Part shown: one piece after another, positions 41,526 through 51,725 of the stretch
How positions within the stretch are numbered: position 1 is the stretch's first letter
Layout: each line of letters opens with the position of its first letter
Assembly (NCBI GenBank): GCA_965218295.1
Contig: CBDCKN010000015.1
Coordinates: forward strand, 160,001-224,000
DNA from: Longimicrobiales bacterium
GTDB taxonomy: Bacteria; Gemmatimonadota; Gemmatimonadetes; Longimicrobiales; Gaopeijiaceae
Length of the DNA stretch: 64,000 nucleotides
Direction of reading: 5' to 3'
Translations under genes and position numbers: made by a program
Notes under the pieces: generated by a model
Told to the model about the DNA's origin: nothing
Databases searched by the model: none
The model's input: only the letters and a program-made list of their open reading frames with translations

Positions 41526-42221
41526 TCAGTCCTCTTTTGGCGGAGCCAGCCTCGGCTGAAGTCCCTTCTTCTCCAGGCGGCGTCGCTTCTTGGCTTCCCT
41601 GGCGGTCTCCCCGGGCAGGCGCACCTCCACACCGACGCCCCCCATCATGGCGACACCCCGGATCCGAAGCGTGGGGCGGTCCGGATCGCGCCGGATCGGC
41701 TCGTCGGTCTCGTGATCGAACCCACCCATGAACGCGAAGCCGCTCACCTCCACCGCCATCTCCGGAGGCACGATGATCTCGGCTCCACCCATCAGAACGA
41801 ACACGTTCACATCGGTCACGCCGGGACCCAGCATGGCCTCGCGGAAGTCGAGCGAGAAGCCGCCCATGACCCCGACCGCGAAGTTGCTGCGGGCCGGCAC
41901 CCAGCGGCCGGTGCGGCTGTTGCCCCCCATGAGGCTCACCATGTAGGCGCGCTCCTTCACCCGATCGGCCGACACGACGACGGGAGCACCACCCCGGGCC
42001 GGAACGACGCTCGGGACAGGCACGGGAAGATCTGTAGCCGGCAGGTCGGCGAGGAGCTCGGTCAGCTCCGCCTCGTTAGCGGATCGGTTCGCCACGTCGA
42101 GGCGCCGCTCGAACTCTGTCATGTCCAGGACGTCGTTGGCGAAGTGCTCCATGAGCGTTTCCACCGCTCGCTGGCGCGCCGCTTTCAGGCCCTGTTGCCG
42201 GACGCTCATCCCCTCGCTCAT
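41526..42221 (-). CDS. DUF1707 (SHOCT-like) plus LiaF-like domain protein
   Basis: RQRAVETL.EHFA...EFERRL, then repeated MGG beta motifs. Confidence 0.8.
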   Translation of the reverse strand: MSEGMSVRQQGLKAARQRAVETLMEHFANDVLDMTEFERRLDVANRSANEAELTELLADLPATDLPVPVPSVVPARGGAPVVVSADRVKERAYMVSLMGGNSRTGRWVPARSNFAVGVMGGFSLDFREAMLGPGVTDVNVFVLMGGAEIIVPPEMAVEVSGFAFMGGFDHETDEPIRRDPDRPTLRIRGVAMMGGVGVEVRLPGETAREAKKRRRLEKKGLQPRLAPPKED

Positions 42222-43412
42222 CCGTCTCCCCCACCCAGGAAGTCACCGACGAACTGATACAGCACGTCGACGCATGTGGAGATCTCCGACGGATTCGATC
42301 CATTCGTCGGCCGAGTGCGCCTGGCCGATGGAGCCGGGGCCGAAGCAGACGGCCGGCGTGCCCGCCTCGTTCAGGAAGGCCGCATCCACCCAGGCGGTCA
42401 TGCCCTCCACCACGGGCTCCACCCCCTGGACCGAGCACGCCGAGATCAGCCCTTGCACGAGCGGGGAGTCCTCGGGCACCTCGGTGGCCGGCCGCGTGAG
42501 CCCTTGAACCAGCTCGGCGTCGAGCTGGGGGACCTCGGCGGCCAGCCCGTCGAGAACGGCCTGGAACTCCTCCATGACCCGGGCCGGGTTCCCGCCGGGC
42601 AGGGTCCGCCGCTCCAGGACGAGCCTGCATTCGCTGGGGTATACCGAGGGCGCCGAGCCACCGCTGATGGTGCCCGCGTGGAATGAGCCGTGGGCCAGGA
42701 GCGGATGCGGATCCGCCGCCTTGAGCTCGGCCTGCAGGCTCCCGAGCCGGGTCAAGTACCGCCCGGCGTGCTCGATGGCGTCCACCCCCATCTCGGGCCG
42801 CGACCCGTGGGCCGCCTTCCCGCGGAAGAGGGCATCGACCCAGACGAAGCCCTTGTGGGCGGGCATGATGGCCAGGCTCGTGGGCTCGCATACGACCGCG
42901 GCATCGGCCCGCACGCCGGAGCGCACCACAGCGTCCATTCCCACACTGGCATGCTCTTCGTCGGCCGTGAGCGCCACGACGAGCGACCCGGTGAGCGCAT
43001 CCCTCTTGGCCAGCCTCGCCGTCGCCGCGAGCAGGGACGCCACCCCGCCCTTCATGTCGCAGGAGCCCCGCCCCCACAGCCGGCCGTCCCGGATCGCAGC
43101 GCCGAAGGGAGGGATGGTCATGCCGGCCGCGCCCACCGTGTCCAGGTGGCCGTTCAGGAGGACCGTAGGGCCCGCCCCGGGGTCACCCATGCGGGCCAGC
43201 ACGTTCCACCGGCCCGGCGATGCCTCCACCGTCTCCGCCTCGAGCCCCCACTCCCGGAGCCACCCAGCCGTAAGCTCGGCGATGGCCCCCTCACCGGCGC
43301 CCCCCTCCTCCAGCATGGGGTTCACGGAGGGCGTGGCGACGAGGGCCTGGGCGATGGCCAGGGGGTCCCCGTGCCGAGCCGCGTCCGAGTATGAGTTCGT
43401 GTCCTGACTCAA
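42218..43412 (-). CDS. ArgE/DapE family M20 deacylase; frameshift near the C-terminus (42294-42295)
   Basis: NGHLDTV, GRGSCDMKGG, DEE, CEPT and HSADE; removing one A gives WIDPSEISTCVDVLYQFVGDFLGGGDG* with an ATGA overlap to the next gene. Confidence 0.88.
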
Positions 43413-43629
43413 CTTGCGATCCCTCTCCCCAGTTTCGATGCGTTTTTTTCCCCTGAGCCGCGGCGAACGTCCCGCCGTGCACCCGGCTCGAGCCACCCCG
43501 CGCACTGGACGCTACCGGCCTCGGTGAGAGTAGCTCCGACCGTTCCCGGTGCCAACTCTACCGGGCGACAGAGACGGATTTTCCGGTACTCCCGGCAAGT
43601 CGCCGTCGGATTTTCGATGGTGGTCGGTG

Positions 43630-43655
43630 TGAAACTAACCGGCGGGTCCGGCGTA
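43630..43655 (+). promoter_or_regulatory. ECF (SigW-type) promoter
   Basis: Exact TGAAAC-N16-CGTA. Confidence 0.55.
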
Positions 43656-43706
43656 TATTACTCGTAGACTACCACTTAAAGGCCAGCAAGGTACTTTGGC
43701 CCGCCT

Positions 43707-43722
43707 CGGCACGATTCGTGCT
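43707..43722 (+). promoter_or_regulatory. Candidate sigma-54 -24/-12 promoter
   Basis: CGGCACG-ATTC-GTGCT with GG-N10-GC spacing. Confidence 0.5.
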
Positions 43723-43752
43723 TAAGATGGGGATGGGCGCACTCAAGTCGCG

Positions 43753-43968
43753 ATGGACAGGCAGGAGGACATCAAGGACATCATTCGTCAGGAGGGCAGC
43801 ATTAATAAGGTGACGCTGGGCATCCTTGGGGCCACCGCCGTAGTGGCGAGCCTGCTTCTCATTCGTCAGACGAAGCAGATCACGCCCAAGGAGACCGTCG
43901 ACGTGCCAGCGGGTGAGGCGGTTCCGGGGAGCATCTCCCTGGAGCGACTTCGCGAGCTAGGTATTTAA
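43753..43968 (+). CDS. Small single-TM hypothetical protein
   Basis: 71 aa, one hydrophobic helix, with its own promoter candidates and terminator. Confidence 0.65.
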   Translation: MDRQEDIKDIIRQEGSINKVTLGILGATAVVASLLLIRQTKQITPKETVDVPAGEAVPGSISLERLRELGI

Positions 43969-44023
43969 GACTCACATCCGGCTTATTGCACCGCCCGGGC
44001 AACCCCCAGGTTGAGGGGCATGA

Positions 44024-44063
44024 GAAAACGGAGGGCGCGCCGGCGTCCCTCCGTCTCTTTTTT
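44024..44063. terminator. Intrinsic terminator, probably bidirectional
   Basis: ACGGAGGG/CCCTCCGT stem with a T-run on one side and an A-run on the other, between convergent genes. Confidence 0.7.
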
Positions 44064-44083
44064 CCAGCTGTCTCTGTCGAAAC

Positions 44084-44320
44084 CTACTCGTCGAAGAAGA
44101 CCGCGTTCTTCTCGAGGTAGCTCGTCCACTCCGGTGGCACGTCGGTGTCCGGGAAGATGGCCGTCACCGGACACTCGGGCTCACAGGCACCACAGTCGAT
44201 GCATTCGTCCGGATGTATGTAATACATGTCGTCCCCCTCATAGATACAGTCGACGGGGCATACCTCTACGCAGCTCGCATCTTTGGTACCGATGCAGGGT
44301 TCGGCAATGATGTAGGTCAT
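44084..44320 (-). CDS. Dicluster (7Fe-type) ferredoxin
   Basis: [17 protein letters not shown] and [12 protein letters not shown]. Confidence 0.93.
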   Translation of the reverse strand: MTYIIAEPCIGTKDASCVEVCPVDCIYEGDDMYYIHPDECIDCGACEPECPVTAIFPDTDVPPEWTSYLEKNAVFFDE

Positions 44321-44423
44321 GGGCTGCCGCTTATCTTGGCTGACACGTGGACCTGGATCCTCTTTGGTCCGGATGACCATCGTCCTGGGCGACCCATCAT
44401 TAAGGCAGAAAATGCAGGAGCCG

Positions 44424-45020
44424 TCAAGTAGCGTGTTTTCTGCTGAAAATGAGACAACAGTGGCGGTACCTGCGCGCGAGAAGCGGGTGGGCGCGCTCCG
44501 CCACGGCGAGATACACGGCCGAGCCCTCCGCGTGGGCGGCGCGGGCCGTTTCGAGATCCCCCCAGAGGTGGGCGTGGCGCAGATGGTCCAGGCGCTCGGC
44601 CAGCGCCACGAGCCCCACCTGAGGATCGCTCCCCAGTAGATCCTCCAGAAGGCGTTCGGAGCCGGGCCGTGGCACGCGCCCGCGTAGGTCCATGACCTTC
44701 TGCCCGACCTGTGCTTCCACCTCCGAGTCCGAGGCCTCGAGCTCCGGTCGCTGGCTGTCCACCAGGCAAGCCGCCGCCAGGGCCACGGGCTCGGTCAGGC
44801 CCACGTCGTCCAGGAGGATCACTGCCGTCCGGCCCGGGTGCAGGTAGTCCGGATGATGGTCGTCATGGATGACGGCCAGCCTCGGGGCCATGGCCGCGCG
44901 GAACGCCTCCTCGATCAGGCTCCGTCCCGCCGCTTCGACGCCGTGCATCAGGGCCGTCCGATCGAGGCGCTCGATCATGCGCTCCCAGCGGGTGGGAACC
45001 CCGGGCCGCTCCTCGCTCAC
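44424..45020 (-). CDS. Degenerate HD_4/SpoT-hydrolase-like protein
   Basis: [19 protein letters not shown] (HD position altered) and [15 protein letters not shown] start overlaps the upstream stop. Confidence 0.55.
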   Translation of the reverse strand: MSEERPGVPTRWERMIERLDRTALMHGVEAAGRSLIEEAFRAAMAPRLAVIHDDHHPDYLHPGRTAVILLDDVGLTEPVALAAACLVDSQRPELEASDSEVEAQVGQKVMDLRGRVPRPGSERLLEDLLGSDPQVGLVALAERLDHLRHAHLWGDLETARAAHAEGSAVYLAVAERAHPLLARRYRHCCLIFSRKHAT

Positions 45021-45859
45021 CCTTCGCCCAGGTGGATGGCGAAGTGCCCGGTGGTGGCGTCGATGGCCTCGGCGAGCTGGGGGCTCGATCCTTGGAAGGG
45101 GTGGCCCACCTCGAAGGTGTGACCGCTCTTCTCCACCAGAACGAGCCTGGCCTTCCCCGACGCCCGGGCCAACTCCAGCGCCTCCGCCTCCGCCACCGTC
45201 AGGTCGTCCCGGCCATGGACGATGAGCCAGGGAGCCTCCACCTCGCTCGCCGCATCGAGAATCGAGAGACTCTCGGCGTTGGCCTCGAAGTCCTCCAGGA
45301 GGGAGACGTCCAGGGGCATCTGCTGCCCGGTGCGGGAGTTCAGGACGTGGACACGGCCCGACTCCCTCCACTCCGCCTTGGTCGCCTCGGTCCAGCGGTC
45401 GTAACGGGAGACAGCGGCCCACGTCACGAGGGCGGCGAGTCGCTCCTCGCTCCGGGCGTGGAGGATGGCGGCCCCACCGCCCCGGCTGTGTCCGATGAGC
45501 CCCACCCGTTCGGGACGCCGGGAGAGGAACTCCCCGCCCACCACGGCATCCACCATCCAGCGCAGGTCCTCGAGCTCGCGGCCGTAGGTGTTGCCGGCGA
45601 AGCGCTCGAGCTCGGTGAAGGAGTCGAGGTCGTCACCGACGCCGTTCCGGGAGAAGTTGAAGGAGACGACCGCGTGGCCGGCGATGGCGAGCCGCTCGCA
45701 CAGATGGGGAAAGAAGCACCAGTCCTTATAGCCCTTGAATCCGTGGACCACGATGACGGCGGTGCGGGGCGCCGGCCCCTCGGCGTAGCGCACGTCGCCC
45801 CGAATGATCTCACCTTTGTTCAGGTGAGGAGCGACGACCTCGAACCGCCGGTGGATCAC
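45017..45859 (-). CDS. Alpha/beta hydrolase
   Basis: HGFKGYKDW, GHSRGG, HGRDD and GHTF. Confidence 0.88.
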   Translation of the reverse strand: MIHRRFEVVAPHLNKGEIIRGDVRYAEGPAPRTAVIVVHGFKGYKDWCFFPHLCERLAIAGHAVVSFNFSRNGVGDDLDSFTELERFAGNTYGRELEDLRWMVDAVVGGEFLSRRPERVGLIGHSRGGGAAILHARSEERLAALVTWAAVSRYDRWTEATKAEWRESGRVHVLNSRTGQQMPLDVSLLEDFEANAESLSILDAASEVEAPWLIVHGRDDLTVAEAEALELARASGKARLVLVEKSGHTFEVGHPFQGSSPQLAEAIDATTGHFAIHLGEG

Positions 45860-45860
45860 G

Positions 45861-46415
45861 TCAGTCCTTCGTCCAGAGGAGGTCCGGCTCCCCTCCCCGG
45901 TGATTCTCCAAGCGGGCCCAGACGAAGAAGAGGTCGGAGAGACGATTCAGGTAGGGCAGAACCCCGTCCTCTACCCCCTCCGACTCGGACAGGCCCACCA
46001 CCGCACGCTCGGCCCGCCGGCATACCGTGCGGCACACGTGGAGGAGACCCGCCCCCCGGGTCCCGCCCGGAAGGATGAAGTCCCTGAGCTCCTCGAGCTC
46101 GCTCGTGGCCTCATCTATCCACGCCTCCATCTCACCGATCCGTCCCACGGGCACGTCGGGCGTCTGGGGCTCGGGGCGGCTCCCGTCCGCCGGGGCGGTG
46201 GCCAGGATCGCCCCCAAGGCGAAGAGATCGTGCTGAATGGCCTGCAGGCCCTGGCGGACCGTCGCATCCGCCACGGCCTCCACCGCCAGGCCAACGAACG
46301 AGTTGAGCTCATCCACCGTCCCGTAGGCGTCGACCCTGGGGTGGCTCTTGGGTACGCGACCGCCGCCGAAGAGTCCGGTGTCGCCGTCGTCCCCCGTCTT
46401 GGTGTAGATCTTCAT
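45861..46415 (-). CDS. PduO-type cob(I)alamin adenosyltransferase
   Basis: KIYTKTGDDGDT, YGTVDELNS, RTVCRRAER and YLNRLSD. Confidence 0.93.
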   Translation of the reverse strand: MKIYTKTGDDGDTGLFGGGRVPKSHPRVDAYGTVDELNSFVGLAVEAVADATVRQGLQAIQHDLFALGAILATAPADGSRPEPQTPDVPVGRIGEMEAWIDEATSELEELRDFILPGGTRGAGLLHVCRTVCRRAERAVVGLSESEGVEDGVLPYLNRLSDLFFVWARLENHRGGEPDLLWTKD

Positions 46416-46419
46416 GGCG

Positions 46420-46665
46420 TCAGCGTAGTCGGGTCAGGTTCCGGAGCTGCTGAGCCTTCTCCAGAAGCGAGGACGTCGACTTTGCCTCCTCGGGGGCCCC
46501 GCTCAAGAGGTCCCGGAGGTCCAGCATGACCTCCAGATAGATCTGATCGCGCTGGAACTCGAAGTCGAGGCGCCCGGCGTCGGCACCCTCGCCCCCGGCA
46601 CTCCGATCGAGCTCGTCGCGATAGAGCTTTTCCAGGTTGTCGAGAATCCGCTGTCGATCTCTCAT
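46420..46665 (-). CDS. Hypothetical helical protein
   Basis: 81 aa in operon position, overlapping the upstream gene. Confidence 0.65.
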   Translation of the reverse strand: MRDRQRILDNLEKLYRDELDRSAGGEGADAGRLDFEFQRDQIYLEVMLDLRDLLSGAPEEAKSTSSLLEKAQQLRNLTRLR

Positions 46666-47289
46666 AGCACGTCTCCCCCGGGGCCGCCTCGGAAGAAGTC
46701 CGTGAGCGCACCCTTCATCTCGTCGATGTGCCCGTTGAAGTAATGATCTGCTCCCGGGATCCGGACCAGAGTCACGTGGGATCCCAGCTCGGCCACGACC
46801 GGTTCCACCTCGGAGCCCGAGCCGAGCTCGTCCTCGTCACCCTGGACGATGAGCACCGGCTTATCCACGTCCTTCAGGAAGGTATAGTCGTACAGGCGTA
46901 CCGGAATGCCGATCCCGAAGAGCGCCACGACCCGCGGGTCCGTGACGGCGTAACCCAGAGACACCATGGACCCGAAGGAGAATCCGCCAGCCACCAGGGG
47001 CCGGCCAGGATATTGCTCCTCCAACCAGTCCAGCGCCACGGCCACGTCATCCTTCTCCCCGATCCCCTCCTCGTAGCTGCCCGTGCTGGTGCCCACGCCT
47101 CGAAAGTTGAATCGCAGTCCGACGATGCTCGCGTCGGCCAGGGCCTGAGCCGCGCGAAACACGGCCTTGGTGTGCATCGTACCGCCGTAAAGGGGATGGG
47201 GGTGACAGACGACGCCAGCTCCCCAGGGCCGGGCCGGGCGGCACGCGGAGGACGGCCTCCAGATGTCCATGAGGCGCGGGAATGGTCAA
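46662..47289 (-). CDS. Alpha/beta hydrolase; frameshift at 47221-47224
   Basis: CHPHPLYGGTM, RFNFRGVG, GFSFG and ADHYF; the N-terminus MTIPAPHGHLEA joins after removing one G. Confidence 0.85.
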
Positions 47290-47426
47290 GCACGACTCCA
47301 GGAGTTGTCTCGCACGCGTCTACCGGGCCCGCTATCTTCCTTCGCGCGTCCCCGAATCGAGTTCAAGACACCACTCTAGGCCCCTATCCATGGCCCCGCC
47401 ACCGGGCCTGAACCGCGAGCTGTCCG

Positions 47427-47927
47427 ATGCCGTCCAACGAGACCCAGGACCAGAAACTCTCCGACCGAGCCAACGAGCTCTACTGGCGATCCGATCGGAG
47501 CGTGAATCAGATCGCCGAGGACATGGACCTCTCCAAGAGCCGGCTCTACGGCCTCGTTCGACCTCAGCCGGCCGGAAGCCCCTGCCCCCAGTGCCAGGCC
47601 GAGCTTCTCTTCCCCAATCGGACCGCCATGGAGAAGGGCTTCGTCTCGTGCCCGGAGTGTGGCTTCGAGGGAACGGCCCCCGGCGAGGCGACTTCGAAGG
47701 CGGGACCGGCGAGCGCCGCCGGCAACGGGCAGGCGGCGGCCCAACCCCGTCGGGCGGCCAAGCCCCGTCGGGCAGCCCAACCCGCCACGGCGGCGTCCGA
47801 GCCCGGCCCAGACAAGGCGCCCGCCCCGGCGGGTAGGCGGCTGAGCTCCAAGCGCGTCCTCTGGGGCTCCGCGCTCCTGGGCGTCGCCGCCGGGCTCTAC
47901 CTGGCCATCCGGCAACGCCGCTCCTGA
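47427..47927 (+). CDS. Hypothetical protein: HTH-like segment, C4 zinc ribbon and C-terminal membrane anchor
   Basis: SVNQIAEDMDLSKSRLY, CPQC...CPEC, Ala/Pro linker, hydrophobic tail. Confidence 0.65.
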   Translation: MPSNETQDQKLSDRANELYWRSDRSVNQIAEDMDLSKSRLYGLVRPQPAGSPCPQCQAELLFPNRTAMEKGFVSCPECGFEGTAPGEATSKAGPASAAGNGQAAAQPRRAAKPRRAAQPATAASEPGPDKAPAPAGRRLSSKRVLWGSALLGVAAGLYLAIRQRRS

Positions 47928-47944
47928 CCCGCCTCCCGAAGCGG

Positions 47945-49182
47945 ATGCACACCTACACCCAAGACCCCAGGACCATCATCACACCCGACGCGTTCTCGGT
48001 GGACCCTCCGCTTCTGGGAACGCCACTGGCGCCTCCGCGCCGCAGGGCTGTGGCTCTGCTCATCGACGTCATCTTGGTGGGGCTGATCACCGCGCTCACT
48101 AGCGGGTTTTGGTTCGTTCTGGGCGTCGTGGTCGCGGCGTTCTTCTTCACCAGGGCGGGAAATCCCGGCAGGGGCGACCACCTATCGAAAGTCTTCCGGC
48201 TCTTCCTGGGGTGCATGGGCGTCACGGCGCTCCTGGTGACCGTCACGATCTTTCTCGGCCTGCGCTTCCTGAGCGATCGATCCGACGAAGGCCCCGTGCT
48301 ATCAGGCATGGTCACTGTCATGGGCGACAGCGCCGACATCAACCTGTCCGGAGGTCTCGAGGGCGTGCTCGGCGGTCTCGCGGAGGGGGCCCAGATCCTC
48401 ACGTCGGAGTCACCCGAGGAAGTCGTTCGCCTGGCCACGAGACTCGGCCGCCGGCTCGAGGCGACCGGGACGCTCGACGACGTGGAGGACGCCCTCGCCG
48501 AGCTCATCCCCGACGAAGTGGGAGGCTTCGACGGGGAGGATCTCCTGGAAGGAGTGATGGCCGATCTGCGTTCCTCTTCCGAAGGCGAGCCGGCCGACCC
48601 GGGCGAGTCCTCGGAGCCCGACCCGGACGACGAGGCCGCGGCCCAGCTGGCCGCAGCTGAGGAGGCCGAGAGAGAGAGCGCCGAGGCCATGATCCTGTCC
48701 GCCGATACCATCGGGGAGCTGCAGGACCGCCTCAAGCGCGCCGAGCGCAACCTCGACCGGACGCAGGCGGAGAGCTCCAACAGGCGCAGGAGAGGCGCGG
48801 CCTCTTCGGCTGGTTCGCGGACCGAATCGAGTCGCTGGGGTTTGGGATAGGATGGTGGACCATGTACTTTACCGTTCTCATGCCGTGGATGAAGGGCCAA
48901 ACGCCGAGCAAGCGGGCGATGGGCATCCGGGTCGTGCGGCTGGACGGCCAGCCGGTCACGTGGTGGCACGCCTTCGAGCGCGCCGGTGGATACGCCGCCG
49001 GACTGGCCACAGGAACCCTGGGCTTCGCCCAGATCTACTGGGATCCGAACCGGCAGGCGATCCACGACAAGATCGCGGGTACCGTCGTGACGCTGGACGG
49101 CGCCCCCAAGGTCCCCGGCCGCTGGGATCTGGGTGCTCTGGACTCGGACGAGCAGACCACCGACACCCCCGGAGACCCATGA
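47945..49182 (+). CDS. RDD family membrane protein; frameshift (+AG) at about 48771
   Basis: LAPPRRRAVALLID and GQTPSKRAMGIRVV...RQAIHDKIAGTVV; removing AG joins the two ORFs (AELQQAQERRGLFGW). Confidence 0.82.
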
Positions 49183-50084
49183 CCGAAGAGTTGGAAGAGT
49201 TCGAGGAGGAGCTGGAGAACCTCGAGCCCGACGATGGAGGGGAGGACCTCGAGGAGCTTTCGGCCGGCGCCGGTGCCGGGCGGACCGTGGAGGAGCGGTT
49301 CGCCCGACGCATCCGGATCACGGTGCCCGACCACCACAGCCCCAAGCTCAGGGACCTCATGGACATCGTGAACGCCGACGACGATCTCTACGCGCTGTGG
49401 ATCGCCAGCAACGTGGTGGCCGTCGACCGCCTGGGGATGACCGACCACGGCCCGGTGCACGTAAAGATCGTCTCGAACATCGCGCTGAAGATGCTGCGCC
49501 TCCTGGTGGTGGCCGGCATCCAGCCCTCGGTGGTCGAGAACTACGGACTCGAGGTGCAGGACGCCGAGGTGGTGGTCGTGCTGGGGGCGCTGCTCCACGA
49601 CGTGGGCATGTCCATCCAGCGGTCAGACCACGAGGGCTACTCGCTCTTCATCGCCCAGGACAAGCTCGAGGCTATCCTCCCCCAGCTCTATGACCGGGCC
49701 ACCGCCACCATCCTCCGGAGCGAGGTCCTCCACGCCATCATCGCCCACCGCTCCGGGGGCAGGCCCCTGACGCTCGAGGCAGGGGTCGTACGGATCGCCG
49801 ACGCGCTGGACATGGCCAAAGGACGCTCGCGGATCCCCTTCGAGGACGGCTCGGAGAGCATCCACTCCGTCTCGGCGGCGGCCATCGAGTCGGTCTCCAT
49901 CGACGAGGGGGCGGATCGCCCGGTCCGCCTCACGGTGGAGATCACGAACTCGGCAGGCATCTTCCAGCTCGACCAGCTCTTCCGTGAGAAGCTCAAGGGG
50001 AGCGGGCTGGAGGCTCACGTGGAGCTCCGGGCCGTCCTCCAGGGCGACACGGAGCGGAGGCTCTTCAAGGAGTTTCGGATCTAG
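49179..50084 (+). CDS. HD-domain phosphohydrolase
   Basis: DHGPVH, LLHDVG, AIIAH and ADALD. Confidence 0.85.
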   Translation: MTEELEEFEEELENLEPDDGGEDLEELSAGAGAGRTVEERFARRIRITVPDHHSPKLRDLMDIVNADDDLYALWIASNVVAVDRLGMTDHGPVHVKIVSNIALKMLRLLVVAGIQPSVVENYGLEVQDAEVVVVLGALLHDVGMSIQRSDHEGYSLFIAQDKLEAILPQLYDRATATILRSEVLHAIIAHRSGGRPLTLEAGVVRIADALDMAKGRSRIPFEDGSESIHSVSAAAIESVSIDEGADRPVRLTVEITNSAGIFQLDQLFREKLKGSGLEAHVELRAVLQGDTERRLFKEFRI

Positions 50085-50126
50085 CGTCCCCCGCCCGCTA
50101 GCCCGGCAGCCCGCGCCCGACGCCCC

Positions 50127-50864
50127 ATGGACACCGTCAGCATCTCACTCCCCTTCGCCTTCTTCGCGGGCCTGGTGTCGTTCCTGTCGCCGTGCGTGCT
50201 CCCGGTGGTCCCCACCTACGTCGCCTACGTCTCGGGGCTCACCTTCGACGAGCTCGCCCAAGAGGGTCCCGGCGGAGCCAGGAGGAAGGCTGTCTTCCAC
50301 TCGTCGCTCTTCATCCTCGGATTCCTGCTCGTCTTCATGACGCTGGGGGCCTCGGCCACGGCCGCCGGTCAGGCGTTCAATCGCATGCTTCCCACCATCA
50401 CCCGGCTGGGCGGCATCCTGGTGATCTTCTTCGGGTTCCTCCTCCTGGACTGGGTGCGGCTTCCGGCACTCGCGCGCGACCTCCGTGTACATCTGAGGTC
50501 GAAGCCCTCGGGCGCATTCGGCTCCCTGGCCGTGGGAGTGATCTTCGGCGCCGGATGGACCCCATGCATCGGTCCCATCCTTGCCACCATCCTCTTCTAC
50601 GCCACCATGGAGGCGACGGTGGCCCGGGGCACCTTGCTCCTGGCCGTGTACGGGCTGGGGCTGGGAGTCCCGTTTTTCGTTGCGGCCGTGGGGTTCAACT
50701 GGTTTCTTGCAAGCTTCGAGGCGGTTCGCCGCTGGGCCCTGCCGGCCCAGAGAGTTGCCGGGATCCTTTTGATCGTGGCAGGAGTTCTCCTCGTTACTGG
50801 AAGGTTCGCATCCGTCTCGGCGTCGCTGGCCGACCTCGGGCAGTGGATCGATTTGGAGGTTTGA
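50127..50864 (+). CDS. ccdA: Cytochrome c biogenesis protein CcdA
   Basis: FLSPCVLP and WTPCIGP. Confidence 0.92.
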   Translation: MDTVSISLPFAFFAGLVSFLSPCVLPVVPTYVAYVSGLTFDELAQEGPGGARRKAVFHSSLFILGFLLVFMTLGASATAAGQAFNRMLPTITRLGGILVIFFGFLLLDWVRLPALARDLRVHLRSKPSGAFGSLAVGVIFGAGWTPCIGPILATILFYATMEATVARGTLLLAVYGLGLGVPFFVAAVGFNWFLASFEAVRRWALPAQRVAGILLIVAGVLLVTGRFASVSASLADLGQWIDLEV

Positions 50865-51670
50865 TGACCCGTTCGAGTGCTTCGAGCCGAAGGCCGGGGC
50901 TGAGAGCCTACACCGCCCCGGTACTCCTCGGCGTCGCCTTCTCGCTCTTCGCCAGTGCGTGCGCCGTCGGTGATCAGGAAGTCCCGACCGACGAGGCTCG
51001 CCTCACGACGCGCGGGGCGGGAGAGCTCCTCCCGTCCGGGGCTCCGGCGACTCCGGCATCGCCGGGCTTCGACGCCCTGAACCGGCCGGCTCCGAACACC
51101 CCTCCCGGAGATCAGATCGACCTCGACATGCTGGGCGTCGAATTTGGTAGTCCTGACGCCCCCGCGCACATCCTGGAGTTCTTCGACTTCGGATGCGGGT
51201 TCTGTCGCGAGTTCCACGCGGAGACCCTCCCCGCCCTGATGGACAAGTACGTCGACCAGGGACAGCTCCTTTGGAAGGCGATTCCTTTCGTCATCGGCAA
51301 CTGGGCCAACTCCGTCCCTGCGGCGCTGGCGGCCGAGTGCGCTCTGGATCAGGGTCACTACAAGGAGATGGCCGAGACGCTCTTCGAGCGCCAGTCGGAG
51401 TGGAAGCCCGTCTCCGAGCCGGAGCCGATCCTGGAAGGGATCGCCGAGGAGCTAGGCCTCGACATGGAAGTGTACCGGACGTGCATGAGCAGCGACGAGT
51501 TCCGGTGGCGCGTTCTGGCTCATTCCCTTCTGGCCCGGCAGATCGGCGTCAGGGGAACCCCGACGTTCGTCATCGTAGGGTACGCGCCCTTCTCCGGCGC
51601 CCTTCCCCTCGAGCTCTTCGAGCAGATCATCGACACCGTGCTCGTGAAGGCGGCGGCCGATAACCTCTAG
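50864..51670 (+). CDS. DsbA/BdbD-like thioredoxin-fold lipoprotein
   Basis: Lipobox ASAC; DFGCGFC and GVRGTPTF. Confidence 0.85.
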   Translation: MTRSSASSRRPGLRAYTAPVLLGVAFSLFASACAVGDQEVPTDEARLTTRGAGELLPSGAPATPASPGFDALNRPAPNTPPGDQIDLDMLGVEFGSPDAPAHILEFFDFGCGFCREFHAETLPALMDKYVDQGQLLWKAIPFVIGNWANSVPAALAAECALDQGHYKEMAETLFERQSEWKPVSEPEPILEGIAEELGLDMEVYRTCMSSDEFRWRVLAHSLLARQIGVRGTPTFVIVGYAPFSGALPLELFEQIIDTVLVKAAADNL

Positions 51671-51706
51671 TGTTCCGTTTCCGAAGTTCGCGAGCCACCA
51701 AGAGGG
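51667..51706. repeat. Solo end of the 36346 element on the dsbA stop codon
   Basis: CTAGTGTTCCGTTTCCGAAGTTCGCGAGCCACCAAGAGGG. Confidence 0.9.
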
Positions 51707-51725
51707 CCGGGGCGCCGTAGCGCCC

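Noticed and set aside
50081..50101. CTAGCG...CGCTAG at the HD-gene stop as an element footprint
   Set aside because: It fits the stop-codon pattern, but a 6-bp inverted repeat is too short to support a call.
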